Shown here: positions 1 to 11,863 of the stretch, piece by piece | How positions within the stretch are numbered: the stretch's first letter is position 1 | Layout: each line of letters starts with the position of its first letter | Assembly (NCBI GenBank): GCA_964252035.1 | Contig: OZ176214.1 | Origin: Podarcis erhardii | Taxonomy: Eukaryota | DNA length: 64,000 nt | Direction: 5' to 3' (one strand) | The notes under the pieces: generated by a model | What the model was told of the DNA's origin: nothing | Databases searched by the model: none | Seen by the model: the letters and a program-made list of their open reading frames with translations, nothing else | Position numbers and translations under genes: made by a program

Positions 1-969
1 ACACACTTTTAATTGATCAAACCCTTCTTAAACCAACTAAAGTAACTGATTCGAGCCAGCTAAACATCACAGGCCTCTCCAAGAGCAGAAATAATTTTGC
101 TTCAAGGAGATGCCTGCTATGGCTGAAAAGTATTTCATCAGCCAAGTGCTTTGGTCCAGCATTACTTCTCTCTCCTCATTCCTAATCTTTTTATTGATTT
201 TGCATTAATGTACATTAAATGGACACGATAATATCCATACAAAGAAAAAATGCTAAAGTCTCCCACTGCCTCCTTTATATTCTATTGCATGATCATCACT
301 CGTGTTTGTTTAGTATCTATTTTTGCCATTTCTACAACAGGGATCTTATGCATCAAATCATTATAGTCTCCGAAACCTGAAGGAGAAAGGACACGCACAA
401 ACATAACTTTAACAAAGGGAAAGCAATCAGGAAGTCAGATCTGTACTGATGCAGCCAACGCATTCTGGATACATACGCAATGAATAGCCACCAACTGGCA
501 TAGAAAGTTTCCGGTTTCTTTTCCCCTTTCAATAATGCTACATCTTGAGTTATTTTCCCTGCAAGTGCTATTCTCCATACACTCTTATTTCTCTTATATG
601 TTCCTTCTCTTGTACGTATGTACTTCCTTATCTTTTGATTAGAGAATAAACCTGTATTCTGAATGGGAGGGTTTTGAGCATTGCTGAGTTGTTGCACAGA
701 ACCTTTGAGAACCAGACGTCACGAAGCGCCACCGTGCCTCAACAGCAACTCAAGCCAAACCCATCTGGTCAGTTCTTTCCCACTTTCTGTTTGCTTATTT
801 TAAAATATGTTATAACCCTCAAAGAGCACCTCTGGAAAATTACTCACAGACCAAAATGGAGCGTTTTTGTTTTTTTAAAACAGTTTAAAAACAACCCAGC
901 AATTTCTGTGGCACTGCATATGCATGGACCCTTGAAACACACACACAGACTATAGACAGACATGTTATA

Positions 970-1200
970 TCTATGGTGTCCTAGTCATAGAGTGTTGCAC
1001 TAAGACCTGGGAATCCAGGGTTCAGCTCCCCACAATTAGCTATGAAGCTCACTGGGTGACCTTGGGGCAAATCACTCCTTTCAGCCTAACCTACCTCACA
1101 GGGTTGTTGTGCAGATTAAATGGGGTAGATTAAATGGGGGAGAGCCGTGTATGCCACCTTGAGCTCCTTGGAGGGAACGTTGGGATAGAAATGCAATAAA
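970..1200 (+). mobile_element. MIR/Ther1-derived CORE SINE (Squam3-like)
   Basis: tRNA-like head, gaagctcactgggtgaccttggg, cagcctaacctacctcacagggttgttgtg core, gagctccttggag...aataaa tail. Confidence 0.8.
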
Positions 1201-1218
1201 TGGTGGAAAAGATGAGTA

Positions 1219-1555
1219 CAGTGGTGCCTCGCAAGACGAAAAGAATCCGTTCTGCGATTCTCTTCGTCTAGCGGTTTTTTCGTCTTGCGAAGCAAGCCCA
1301 TTGACGGCTTAGCGGCTTAGCGCTATTAGCGGTTTAGCGGCTTTTAGCGGCTTATCGGATCAGCTGATAAGCGGCTTAGCGGCTTAGAAAAAGGGGGGGG
1401 GGAGGAAAAATAAGTCGGAAAAACTCGCAAGACATTTTGTCTTGCGAAGCAAGCCCATAGGGAAATTCGTTTTGCGAAGCGCCTCCAAAACGGAAAACCC
1501 TTTCGTCTAGCGGGTTTTCCGTCTTGCGAGGCGTTCGTCTTGCGGGGCACCACTG
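1219..1555. mobile_element. Tc1/mariner (Tigger/pogo-like) MITE
   Basis: TA-CAGTGGTGCCTCGCAAGACG...CGTCTTGCGGGGCACCACTG-TA; internal GCGGCTTA tandem array. Confidence 0.9.
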
Positions 1556-2129
1556 TAAAATGAATATTCTTGGGTGAGCACATCAACCATATTGCACTTG
1601 AGGCGGGGAGTAAAATAATCACACACACACACTGCAAAAAACCCCACAAAAAACCCCAAAGCCTTCACAGAAACTGGAATTTGATTTGGTGATATCCCCC
1701 ACCACCACCCCGCACTTCCGAGAGAAGGAATAGCGGGCTGACCTTCTCTATCAGTTCCGCTGACAGAAGATAACTATGCGGTGATTGATGATAGTAAGAC
1801 AGATGGTCTGACTATTAAATCATTTTGGGAGATAAGAGCGATCAAATAGGAGAAACCTCAAATGCTTTGATCAAGGCTGTTCTCTGCTTCCTGCACCTGG
1901 GGGCTTGGATGGGTGACAGAATGAGACAGCAAGCTGAGAAGCTGACACTGTGCCCAAACGCCACGTAACAACCCTCTGTGGGTAAGAAAACCCGCATCCT
2001 CTCTTTCTTAAATACTTCTGGGACAAGAAAAATGCAAATTACAGAGATTTCTCTGCTGATTAAAATTTACAATCAGAAAACTTGTAACAGCCGCTTCCTG
2101 TCTCTAAGAACAAAGGAGAAACTGGTGGT

Positions 2130-3350
2130 GGGAATTAATGGAGGTAAAGTTAATATTAAAGAAAAAACTTGGTTGATATTTACCAATAATAATAATCTGG
2201 GAACCCAACTTGGACTTTGGTGGGGGAAAAGAAAAGAATGATTCTGAGAGGCTTTGACTTAAAAGAAATACTGTTTAACAGAAAGTGGAGAAGATGGAAG
2301 TTATGGACTGACTGATTATTTCTTTTAAATGTAATTGGCAAATGGAAAATTGGAAGCCCGTTNNNNNNNNNNNNNNNNNNNNNNNNNNNNNNNNNNNNNN
2401 NNNNNNNNNNNNNNNNNNNNNNNNNNNNNNNNNNNNNNNNNNNNNNNNNNNNNNNNNNNNNNNNNNNNNNNNNNNNNNNNNNNNNNNNNNNNNNNNNNNN
2501 NNNNNNNNNNNNNNNNNNNNNNNNNNNNNNNNNNNNNNNNNNNNNNNNNNNAATCCTATGCTTGGGGCCTTTGTTAAGGTCCAGGGAATTAAGTATTCAT
2601 GTGGGTGGTGGATGGTTCATGGAGGACCCTGGGTGGGAGGCAGGGAAGTGTTGTCCCTCCTCCCAGGGTGAGTGGCTGGGAGGAGAAAGGAAGGATCCCA
2701 GGTGAGAGATGGGAGGGACTGATATGTTGGGGGGGGGGGCTGATAATTGCCTTTGGGAGAGGAATCTATATTCTACTTGTTCTGCTTGTAGTTATAGTAG
2801 CGGCTATCTTATTGTATTGTGAAAAACTTTAATAAAAATCTTCTTTTTTATTTTAAGGAATTTGATGAAAGAAACGGAATTCCTATCTTCCCATATAACA
2901 AAGGGAAAAGCTTGGCTACAACAACTGCAGACTATTGGAGAAAACCAAAATTTGAAAAGTATACTTTGAAACAAATACTATTAGCAGCTTGGATTTGATC
3001 ACCACAATAGTTATTCGGCGGAAAGAAAGCAAATTAGAAAACCATGGCCATATTATCCCTGTTGATGCTGATCAAGGAACCTTCCCTTATTTTCAAAAAT
3101 TCTTTTGGTGTATATTCTGCATAGTGACCCAAAGCACAAGATGTCTTCCCAGCGGGTCAAAAATTCCAAGCAATCATTCAGCCATAACTCTAGAGCTGCC
3201 ACAGTTTGGGAATGAGTCCCAAGACGCTTGGCAATGTTTGTCTCGTAACAGAGATGAATCCTTCTCCAGCTCCTATTAAAATCTGGGTGAGAGAAGACTT
3301 CCAGGGCGGAGACACAGAAAACAGCCCCTCTCTTCAAAGGAGATGGGAAG
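2130..3350 (+). mobile_element. Highly degraded L1/Tx1-like fragments flanking the gap
   Basis: ENWKPV-like C-terminus before the gap, a 3' tail with AATAAA near 2830, and an SNHSAITL motif resembling the L1 endonuclease SDH motif. Weak similarity only. Confidence 0.3.
2363..2550. other. Assembly gap (188 N)
   Basis: Run of N. Confidence 1.
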
Positions 3351-3361
3351 ACAACCAAGGC

Positions 3362-3620
3362 AGCTTTAAAAGGGGATTAGGGCAAATTCATGAAGGAGGA
3401 GAGGGCTACCAGCAACAATGGCTGTGCTCTGCCTCTACAGCTGGAGGCAGCAATGCTTCTGAGTATCTGGAATGCTTCTGAGTTGCTGGAAACTGCAGGA
3501 GTAGGGAGTGGTCTTGTGCCTGAATCCTGTGTGCTGGTTTCCCGCAGGCAACTGTTTAGGAGAACAGGATGCTGTACTAGGTGGGCCACGGGTCTGATCC
3601 AGCAGGTTTTTACGTTTTTA
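3362..3620 (+). mobile_element. CR1 3' fragment (long-3'UTR subfamily)
   Basis: gctttaaaaggggattag...ctctgcctc...gcttctga...gttgctggaaac...gagaacaggatgctg...gatccagcagg; same family as copies at 10.1, 11.2, 25.0, 33.9, 43.5, 53.5 and 56.9 kb. Confidence 0.8.
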
Positions 3621-4205
3621 ATGCAGCTGCTCTGAAATCAGATAATCTAGCAGCTGCGACCATCCTCCAACATTTGTACTGAAAACACAATAGCACCAGC
3701 ATTCCATTGCATGAGGGTTTCTTTCTTTTCTTTTACAGCCTTGGTCACCCTGGTGACCCCAAGATACCCTGGACCACAACAGCCACCAGTCCCTGGCCAG
3801 CCCAGTTCCCCCATCTGCACAATGAGCTCATGTAGCCCACCCCATCTACAAGCCCCCCGCCCCCCATTGCTACTTTTGGAAGCATGGAAAGAAAAAAACA
3901 GAGAAAGGAGGAGAGCACAGTTCCCCATTTTATTCCCCACATACCCAGCTGCGCAAAGACTGAAATCCCGCTGTCTCAGACGCACTGAAGAATAAGCATG
4001 CCACCGTCCAATTTTGTTATCTGGGCATCAGGAATGAAGCCACCCCACCCTACTTTATTTCCAAAAGCGAGCTCAGAGGCCCAACTGGACTTGCATAAAA
4101 ACAGCCTTCACTATGCCCAATCATCTTCTTAAAAAGGAGTCTGGAAAAGGTTAAGCAAGCGGAGGAGAGTCAAGGGACCAAGAAAAGTGAAGAAGCAGCG
4201 TGCAC

Positions 4206-4206
<1 letters not shown>

Positions 4207-4236
<30 letters not shown>
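4207..4236. repeat. (AC)15 microsatellite
   Basis: Direct inspection. Confidence 0.95.
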
Positions 4237-4238
<2 letters not shown>

Positions 4239-5123
4239 CAATTATCTACATGTGCCAAGAACACCACTTGGCAAAATCCTTCCTCTTTTGTAAGGCTAGA
4301 TTGGAAATTATTTACAATTACGGGCTCAGAAATGTGGACTAAGCACACAAAGGATCTGGCCAAACCACCTATAACAGCTTGATAACCAGTCGGTGCTAAA
4401 ATCATAGGCCTAGTTCTCCTTTTCAGAACTCAAACACCCTTCACACAATGGTGTTTTGGAAAATTACAGTAAAAAAGAAAAGGGCAAGTCTTTTAGGGAT
4501 TTTAGTTTCCTTAATAATGCTCAGTGAGTGTTTGAAGAAAGGGGGTCCGGCAGTCAAGCTGGCATCCTTAAGGACATTCCATTCTTACTGCCTTTTAGCA
4601 GTGCAGATCCTATAAGTTTAACTGATGCTCATTCATGGAAAAGCATCCACATTAATTTGCAAGAGGAATGAAAAGCACCAACCTGGCCCTTCGCAAGAGC
4701 TTTAAGCACAAATGCTGGTTGGGATCTCACTCATTTGAGATGAAAGCAGTGGAGGTTTTCCTTTTCAAAATGTTTTGTTTTTAAGACCAATTTCCACACT
4801 TTCTAAACTCTCCAAGGGACCTTTGCAGATATGACTAAACCGAGAAATACAGCTTTAACTATATTCTTTCATGACTCTCTTGAGATAGATGAAAAAAGCT
4901 TTTGTGCTGCCCCCAGGACATTATATGATGGGCATCTGGATAATTTGTATGGATTAATAAGAATCATTTATGCTACTGCGCAACTTGATATGACTTTCTT
5001 TGCTTTTCTGTTAAAAGTGAATGTAGATGACAGAATGCAAACACAAAAGTGTGAAACAAGAAACAGACTGAACATGTGACGAGAACCTCCAGCAGCTCCT
5101 CTGAGCTGGGGAATGGGCCTTAC

Positions 5124-5269
5124 CTCTTCTTCCAGTTTCACCACTTTGGCCTGAGCATTGTTCAAAGCCTGGTCGCGAATTTCAATGTGCCTCCTCTGTT
5201 CCTCATTAGCAGAGCGAACTCCAGCCAGCTCGACCTCTAGCTTCTCCTTCTCCCTCTGGGTTTCTTTGT
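5124..5269 (-). CDS. AMOT: Angiomotin coding exon 5, 146 nt
   Basis: Acceptor ttttattcggacag|AC; (N)[48 protein letters not shown]; donor GAG|GTAAGG (phase 0). The next expected exon (LKKKQVYV...) was not found, so the gene probably leaves the window. Confidence 0.95.
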
Positions 5270-6014
5270 CTGTCCGAATAAAAGGGGAGTGGAAGGAAAA
5301 CTTTTTAAGAAAATGGGCAGAAGGGCAAGGAGAAAGATTGAGTCGTCTTCTGGGAAATCCATTTAAAATCTGTTTCTTTTAAAATGCGTATCACCCTTCT
5401 TCATTTTACCTTTCCTCCAAGGAGTGCAAGGCAGTTGGCATGGTTCCCCCCTGACACTTTTATCCCTACTACAACCATGTGACAGGCCATGATACTGGTG
5501 GATCTCAAGTTCTAGTAAAAAAACAAATTACGATTCTGCAAGCCTGATGTTTGTCCACCTGTGTTTTATATATTAACAGCCTCAAAAATCATAGCTCTTG
5601 CAGATGTCGAATTCAGTGCCTCACCGTGTACAGAAAAGGATAATATACGGCTAGCAGGAGTGATTTCGCACACCTAATTCCAGGAAGATTATCTGACTGC
5701 TTTGGTCAAGTCCAGCCTTCGCCCCATTCCTTAGCTACATGAACTCCACAGTGGAGTTTGCTACAAATGAGACAGACAACACCCATGCAAACACAGATCC
5801 TAACTGTGCAATTCCTTGTTCGTGTGAAGGAAAGTCAATTCTGGTGTGCAAAAACAACATTTTGTGCTAGTGATTAAGGATTTGGATGACTTCCACACAA
5901 TATGCCTAGTGTGATTTGGGTTGGGTGATTAGAGGGAGAGAAGTGAGTCTACCCCCACACAAGGGAATTGTGTAAATTAGACTTCAACTAAGGACATTTG
6001 ATTTGGCTGAAGCA

Positions 6015-6016
<2 letters not shown>

Positions 6017-6051
<35 letters not shown>
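6017..6051. repeat. (CA)17 microsatellite
   Basis: Direct inspection. Confidence 0.95.
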
Positions 6052-6054
<3 letters not shown>

Positions 6055-6579
6055 ATGAATCCCAAATGGAATGGATTCGCGGCTTGCTTTAATCCAACAA
6101 GACGTGTTCTACGAAGAATGAACTATCTGGAACCTCTGCAGTGAGGTGTCCAAACAAGACCCATTTTACGGGTTACTATGTTAAAAAACAAAACAAAACA
6201 AACAGGATAATCCAGGCATGCCTAAGGCATGAGGTGGCGCGGCAGAAATGAAGGGTGCTGCTTTTTGTGGAGCTGCTGTGGTTCTCAGCTTTCTACCAGT
6301 TGGATGCCAACACTGACTCAGCTGCAGAATACACACCTCTTGAATAAAATACATCCAGCCCTGACAACACAGGAGAAAGCACATTCCAAGCTGCGGCATC
6401 ATCCCATGCCTAAGGAATCACACCAAGTCATTTTGTTAACAGAACCAGATTTTATCCAGCCAGCAGACAGGCTAAGCAGTGCCAGTCTTGCAGGTGCGGA
6501 GAGAATGGAAGCAGAAGATAATCACACACAGAATTTTACACTGTATTCACATTGAGATTTTAGTGGTTGGGCTCTGTTT

Positions 6580-6700
6580 ATAAATGTTATATGCTGACAG
6601 GGTCTCACTCCCATCACCAATTGTGCCACAGCATTCTGCACTAACTGCAGCTTTTGGATCAAGCCCCATATAGACCACATTCTAGTAATCCTATCATGAA
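6580..6700 (-). mobile_element. Old L2 fragment
   Basis: QKLQLVQNAVAQLVMG...QHIT. Confidence 0.65.
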
Positions 6701-7105
6701 ATAACATTTTTTAAAATTGCAATTTTAATTTTAATGCAATGGCAACACAGTTAAGTGCTGTCTACTGGGTGGAGCTCTGAGGACAGTAAATCAGCATTTA
6801 CCTTGCTTAAGTCCTGAGACATTTCAGCCCAGCGGAAATGTCGTAAGAACCTGTAACATTGGTTTTTACTATAATCCATCTGCTCCTCCAGGCAGGGTTT
6901 GTAACCCAAGGCTAACTCTACACACACTAGCAAAGAAGCGGCATAGTATAGTTCTTCCTCAGAGGAAACACCAGCACCACCATCCATCCTGCTCTCTTGT
7001 CTGGATTGGCCTAGTTTCACCCAAGTGGCTACACGGTGGATTTATATTCAGTCTCAAGGACCCTGCACTTCAGAAGTGCCTAGAGGAAGACAAGTGGAGT
7101 TAACA

Positions 7106-7270
7106 CTATAGCTCAGTGGTACAGCATCTGCTCTGAGCGTGGTTCAGTCCCCAGCATCTCCTGCAAGGTCTGGGCATGCTCCACGCCTGGAAGCCTGGAG
7201 GGCCACTATCAGCCAGTGTTGACAATACTGAGCTAGATGGGCCAGTGTTCTACCTTGGGAGAAAGCAGGT
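7106..7270 (+). mobile_element. tRNA-derived SINE (Squam2-like)
   Basis: atagctcagtggtacagcatctgct...ccagcatctcc...gacaatactgagctagatgg. Confidence 0.7.
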
Positions 7271-7800
7271 TGTGTGTGCTTGTCTGTGGTTTGTAGCTCA
7301 ATTTTAATGCTTCTTTGCAGCAAAAAAAAAAATGGGTTCGCTCATGTAGGGAAGGCTTAGTAAATTGCTCCCTTTGCATCAGTTCAATGAGCCAGAAAAG
7401 AAATCCCTGCTGGCATCTCCAGGAAGAGCTGGGAGAATTCTATAATCTCTCACTTTGTTCTGCACTATAGAACTACATCCAGTGCAATTTAGGAAAGGTA
7501 GTGGTAATGTGGGGGAGAACCAAGGGGTAGACAAATAAATGTTCAGGGGAAGTGTGAACGTGTGGAAGTCAAGAACTGTAGTGAGTAAAGGGTGGGAAAG
7601 TGAAACTGCTCATCACTATGAGCAGCACTGATTGCGCCTAATTTTTTTTTAAGACACCGCCAGCATCTCACCATCTTATGCTATGCTGAGCCATTCCCAA
7701 GCCCACCCACTGCTTGCCTTAGTGATTTCTGAACAGCTGTCACCTCAAGCCCAACTTTGCAACAGGCCTCAACCATATTAAAGGAGAAATTCAGACTCAC

Positions 7801-7887
7801 TTTGTGCAAAGAGCTGGCAGATGGTTTTCTTGTTATCCTCAGAGCCTTCCTTCTCCGCAAGCTGCTTGTTGGCTGTTTCCATACGCT
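7801..7887 (-). CDS. AMOT: Angiomotin coding exon 4, 87 nt
   Basis: Not in the ORF track in this frame; translated by hand. Acceptor tatcttctcttctgcag|AG; (E)RMETANKQLAEKEGSEDNKKTICQLFAQ(N); donor CAAA|GTGAGT. Phases 1/1 fit both neighbours. Confidence 0.94.
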
Positions 7888-8389
7888 CTGCAGAAGAGAA
7901 GATAAATACATTTTACAGAATCCGCACAGCTAATTGCAGTTAGCATACTGTACGTTTTTCTAACACCAAGCTTCCTCAATCAATCTGGTGCTCCGGCTGG
8001 AGCTGATACCAAATTGCAGTGAAGTGGATAGCAATAAAAGATTACTGGATAAATTAACGGATGGTAAAGCTATCAATGGCTACTGGCCACAATGGAGGCT
8101 AGTTCTCATGGCTGAAGAAATAAGTGCAACAGCATTTCAAGAAGACTCTGTTAGGCAATCAGGGGTGGTGAGGGGGCAGTGGGAGAGAAGGAGAGGTGCA
8201 GGGTCACTTTACTGGAGCACCTGAGAAACCAGCTGTTATTAGCCCTTCCTCCCCCTTGAACTGTTTATATCTCAGCTGCTCATTAGAAGATATCTTCTGG
8301 TATCTGAGTTTGCTTATTTTCTCCTCCTTCCCCACTCATTTGCCTTTTCTGCTATGTCTTTTAGATGGTGTGCCTGAGGACAGTGACAG

Positions 8390-8390
<1 letters not shown>

Positions 8391-8433
<43 letters not shown>

Positions 8434-8435
8434 TC
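8391..8435. repeat. (CTTT)11 microsatellite
   Basis: Direct inspection. Confidence 0.95.
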
Positions 8436-8711
8436 AAAAACTGATCTGAAAACACCCTCCAAGACTTCTTTCCTGGCTGAAGGGTGTAGTTAGAAAAAGC
8501 TATAAATAAATAAAAGTTTTAAGCATAGAATTTCTCAAAATAGGCTAGAGAGCTTTTAGGTATGGCAAACTGCCACAATGGCACAATTCAACATCTGTGT
8601 CGCTACAACAGAGTCAGAAGACAGAGAATGATGCACTTGGGTAGAAATCTCCCTTGAGCTGTGAAGCCTATCAGGCAACCTGGAGTTCGTCACACGCTCT
8701 CAGCAGAACAG

Positions 8712-8941
8712 AGTGCCTGTGTGGAGTAGGGGTTAGAGTGTCGGACTAGGACCTAGGAGACCAGCGTTCAAATCCCCGCTCAACCATGAAGCTCACTGGA
8801 TGACTTTGGGCTAGTCATTGCCTCTCAATCTAACCAACCTCACAGGGTTGTCATGTGGATTAAATGAGCCAGGGAAGAACTATGTATAGCACCTTGAGCT
8901 CCTTGTGGGGGAAAGAAGGTGGGATATAAAATGAATGAATG
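8712..8941 (+). mobile_element. Squam3-like CORE SINE
   Basis: Same head, core and tail. Confidence 0.8.
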
Positions 8942-9382
8942 GGTGAGTTCTCAGAGACCTCAGAGTTGCCATACAGCAAGTTTCGCAGGCAAGCAGGATA
9001 CCAATGTTTTCCCAGTCCAAGTTACTACACAGAGCTGTTGTAAGGGGAGGCGTGCTAAGACTTGTAAGCCAATAAAAATTATTTACAAGGGAAATAAATA
9101 GTGTAGTATTAGAATCAAAAATCTTTCTATCATAGTACTAATCTTAATGACATACATTAGTCAGTCATCAGTTATCAGTGCTAACACGTAGAGTATTTTA
9201 AATGTCTTTTTAATGCCTGTGTCTGCACTCCTGGAACCATCTGTTTAGAGAAATGCTGGTAGCCTTAGTGGCCAAAGGTGATTTTTATTAGCCTGCACAG
9301 TAGCCATGGCTCTAACTGGAACACCTGTACCTGGAAGAAAATGACATTGGCATAATGTGTTCCTGGACTGCAACTTCTATCA

Positions 9383-9775
<393 letters not shown>

Positions 9776-9977
9776 CACTATATAACAGTATTTAGCATGA
9801 ACATATATAGGCTTTGTGGTGGTAGTGGGGGAATGAATGACTAGACCTCATGCAAAAGAACGCAGATCACAACCATGTTGCAAACAGAACACCTTTCACT
9901 CAGTGAACCAAAGGCACACGATACTGTTCTGGTAGTGAAGCAAGCAGGTCTGGTCCTGAGAAAATTGGATGGGAGGA

Positions 9978-10146
9978 GGAGGGCCATAGCTCAATGATCA
10001 GAGCATCTGCTTTGCATGCAAAAGGTCCCAGGTTCAAGCCCCAGCATCTCCAGGTAGGACAGGTAGAGACACCGTGTCTGAAATCCTGGAGAGTTGCTGT
10101 CAGTCAGTGTGGACAATACTGGGTTAGGTTGACCAATGGATCAGAC
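9978..10146 (+). mobile_element. tRNA-derived SINE (Squam2-like)
   Basis: gccatagctcaatgatcagagcatctgctttgcatgcaaaaggtcccaggttcaagcccc...gacaatactggg. Confidence 0.8.
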
Positions 10147-10520
10147 CAGTGGCCCATCTAGTTCAGCATCCTGTTCTCACAGTGGTCAACCAGATGCCTC
10201 AAAAGGAAGCCCACAAGCAAGAGCCCTCTCCCCTTCTGTGGTTTCCAGCAACTGGTATTCAGAAGCATTACTGCCTCCAACTGTGGAGGGCACCCTGGCT
10301 AGTAGCCATCAATTGCCCTCTCCTCCATCCATTTGTCTAAATCTCTGTTAAAGCCATCCAAGTTAAAGCCATCCATTTGTCTAAATCTCTGTTAAAGCCA
10401 TCCAAGTTGGTGTCTATCACTGTCTCCTGTGGGAGCAAGTTCCATAGTTTAACTCTATGCTGTGTAGAAGTCTTTTCTTTTGTCTGCCCTGAATCTGCCA
10501 ACATTCAGCTTCACTGGATG
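10140..10520 (-). mobile_element. CR1 3' fragment (long-3'UTR subfamily) with internal 44-bp tandem duplication
   Basis: Reverse complement of the 11.4-11.8 kb sequence; duplicated unit ccatccatttgtctaaatctctgttaaagccatccaagtt at 10325 and 10369. Confidence 0.85.
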
Positions 10521-10524
10521 CCCA

Positions 10525-10834
10525 CAAGCCATCTAAAAGGGTGTCCCATGGAAGATGGAGCAAGCTTGTTTTCTCCTGCTCCAGAGCGTAGGACCTGAAC
10601 CAATGGCTTCAAGATTCTGACTAAACATCAGGAAGAACTTTCTAGTGGTAGGAGCTGCTCAATAGTGAAACAGACTCCCTCAGAATGTAGCGGACTCTCC
10701 TTCCTTGGAGATTTTTAAGCAGAGGTTGGATGGGCATCTGTCATGGAGGCTTTAGCTGAGATTCTGCATTGCAAGGGCTTGGACTAGATGACCCCAGGGA
10801 CCCTTCCAACTCTACAGTTCTATGATTCTATGAA
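10525..10834 (+). mobile_element. CR1 3' fragment (ATTCTATG-tail subfamily)
   Basis: atggaagatggagcaagcttgttttctcctgctccagag...ttggactagatgacc...ccttccaactctacagttctatgattctatga. Confidence 0.85.
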
Positions 10835-11239
10835 ATGAGTCTCCTCCACCTTTCCAAAAAACGCAAAGTTTTGTGGGTCAACGAGAGATGTTTCAACACC
10901 CTCACAAAAGCCACAGTTTCTAGGACATGTGCACAGGAAGCTGCCTTCTTGGTCAACATGGCTCAAGTGTTATGCACGTTGACCGGAAGATGTTCTCCAA
11001 GGATTCAGGCCAGACTTGCCCAGCCCTCTCTAGAGATGCTGCTGGGGACTGAAGCCAGGACTCTCTCTGTACAAAGCAGGTCTCAGCCACTGTGCAAGGG
11101 TCTTGTGAAGCGATAAGCAAGACAGCAGCAGATGTACGCAAAAGCAAATGTGGTCCAACAGTATACATGCAGGCTAAACCAAGACATAAAAAGGTGCTCC
11201 CAGTAGATGCTTGCACACAACAACTGTGGTGTTCTCCGG

Positions 11240-11805
11240 CTTCAGAAAAGGGCAATCAAAGTAATGAAGGGAATGCCATCACTCCCCTATGAGGAAAGGT
11301 GGCAACGTTTGGGACTTCTCAGTTCAGAGCAAAGGCGGATAAGAGGCCAAACAATAGGAGTTCATAAAATTATGCATGGCCTGGAGAAAGTGGATAGAGA
11401 ATTGTTTTCCTCCCTGTCTCATAAAACTAGAACTTGCTGATATCTGATGAAGCTGAATGTTGGAAGAATGTTGGAAAGATAAAAGAAAGTACTTCTTTAC
11501 TCAGCACACAGTTAAACTGTGGAACTCCCTCCCACAGGAGGCAGTGAGGGCCAACAACTTGGATGGCTTAGAAAGAGGAGTGGGCAAATTAATGGAGGAT
11601 AAAGCTATCAACGGCTACTAGCCATGATGGAGGCTGCACTTGGCCTCCGCGTCAGAGGCAACAATGCTGTTGATGGAAACTGCAGGACAGGAGAGGGCTC
11701 TTGTGCTCAGGCCCGGCCTGCAGATTCCATACAGGCATCTGGTTGGCCGCTGTGAGAACAGGATGCTGGACTTGGAAGGGCAGCGGTCTGAAGGGCGCTT
11801 CTTAC
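11240..11805 (+). mobile_element. CR1 3' fragment ending about 60 nt from the AMOT exon-2 donor
   Basis: LQKRAIKVMKGMPSLPYEERWQRLGLLSSEQRRIRG...VHKIMHGLEKVDRELF plus long 3' UTR. Confidence 0.88.
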
Positions 11806-11863
11806 ACTGCTAATAATGAAATACTAAATGGGGGTGGGATGGGGAGGTTCCACCAGTTCTTAC

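Noticed and set aside
1780-1815. TGATGA...CTGA resembling a C/D-box snoRNA
   Set aside because: Boxes only about 25 nt apart, no terminal stem, and antisense to the host gene.
2278-2300. KVEKM peptide resembling the next AMOT exon (VDKVEKMQQ)
   Set aside because: On the plus strand (AMOT is minus), flanked by stops and without splice sites; probably coincidence within an L1-like remnant.
5655-5975. Loose dyad symmetry around the hairpin AACTCCAC-A-GTGGAGTT
   Set aside because: Only an 8-bp perfect stem; the outer matches are short and inconsistent, so neither a MITE nor a structured RNA can be supported.
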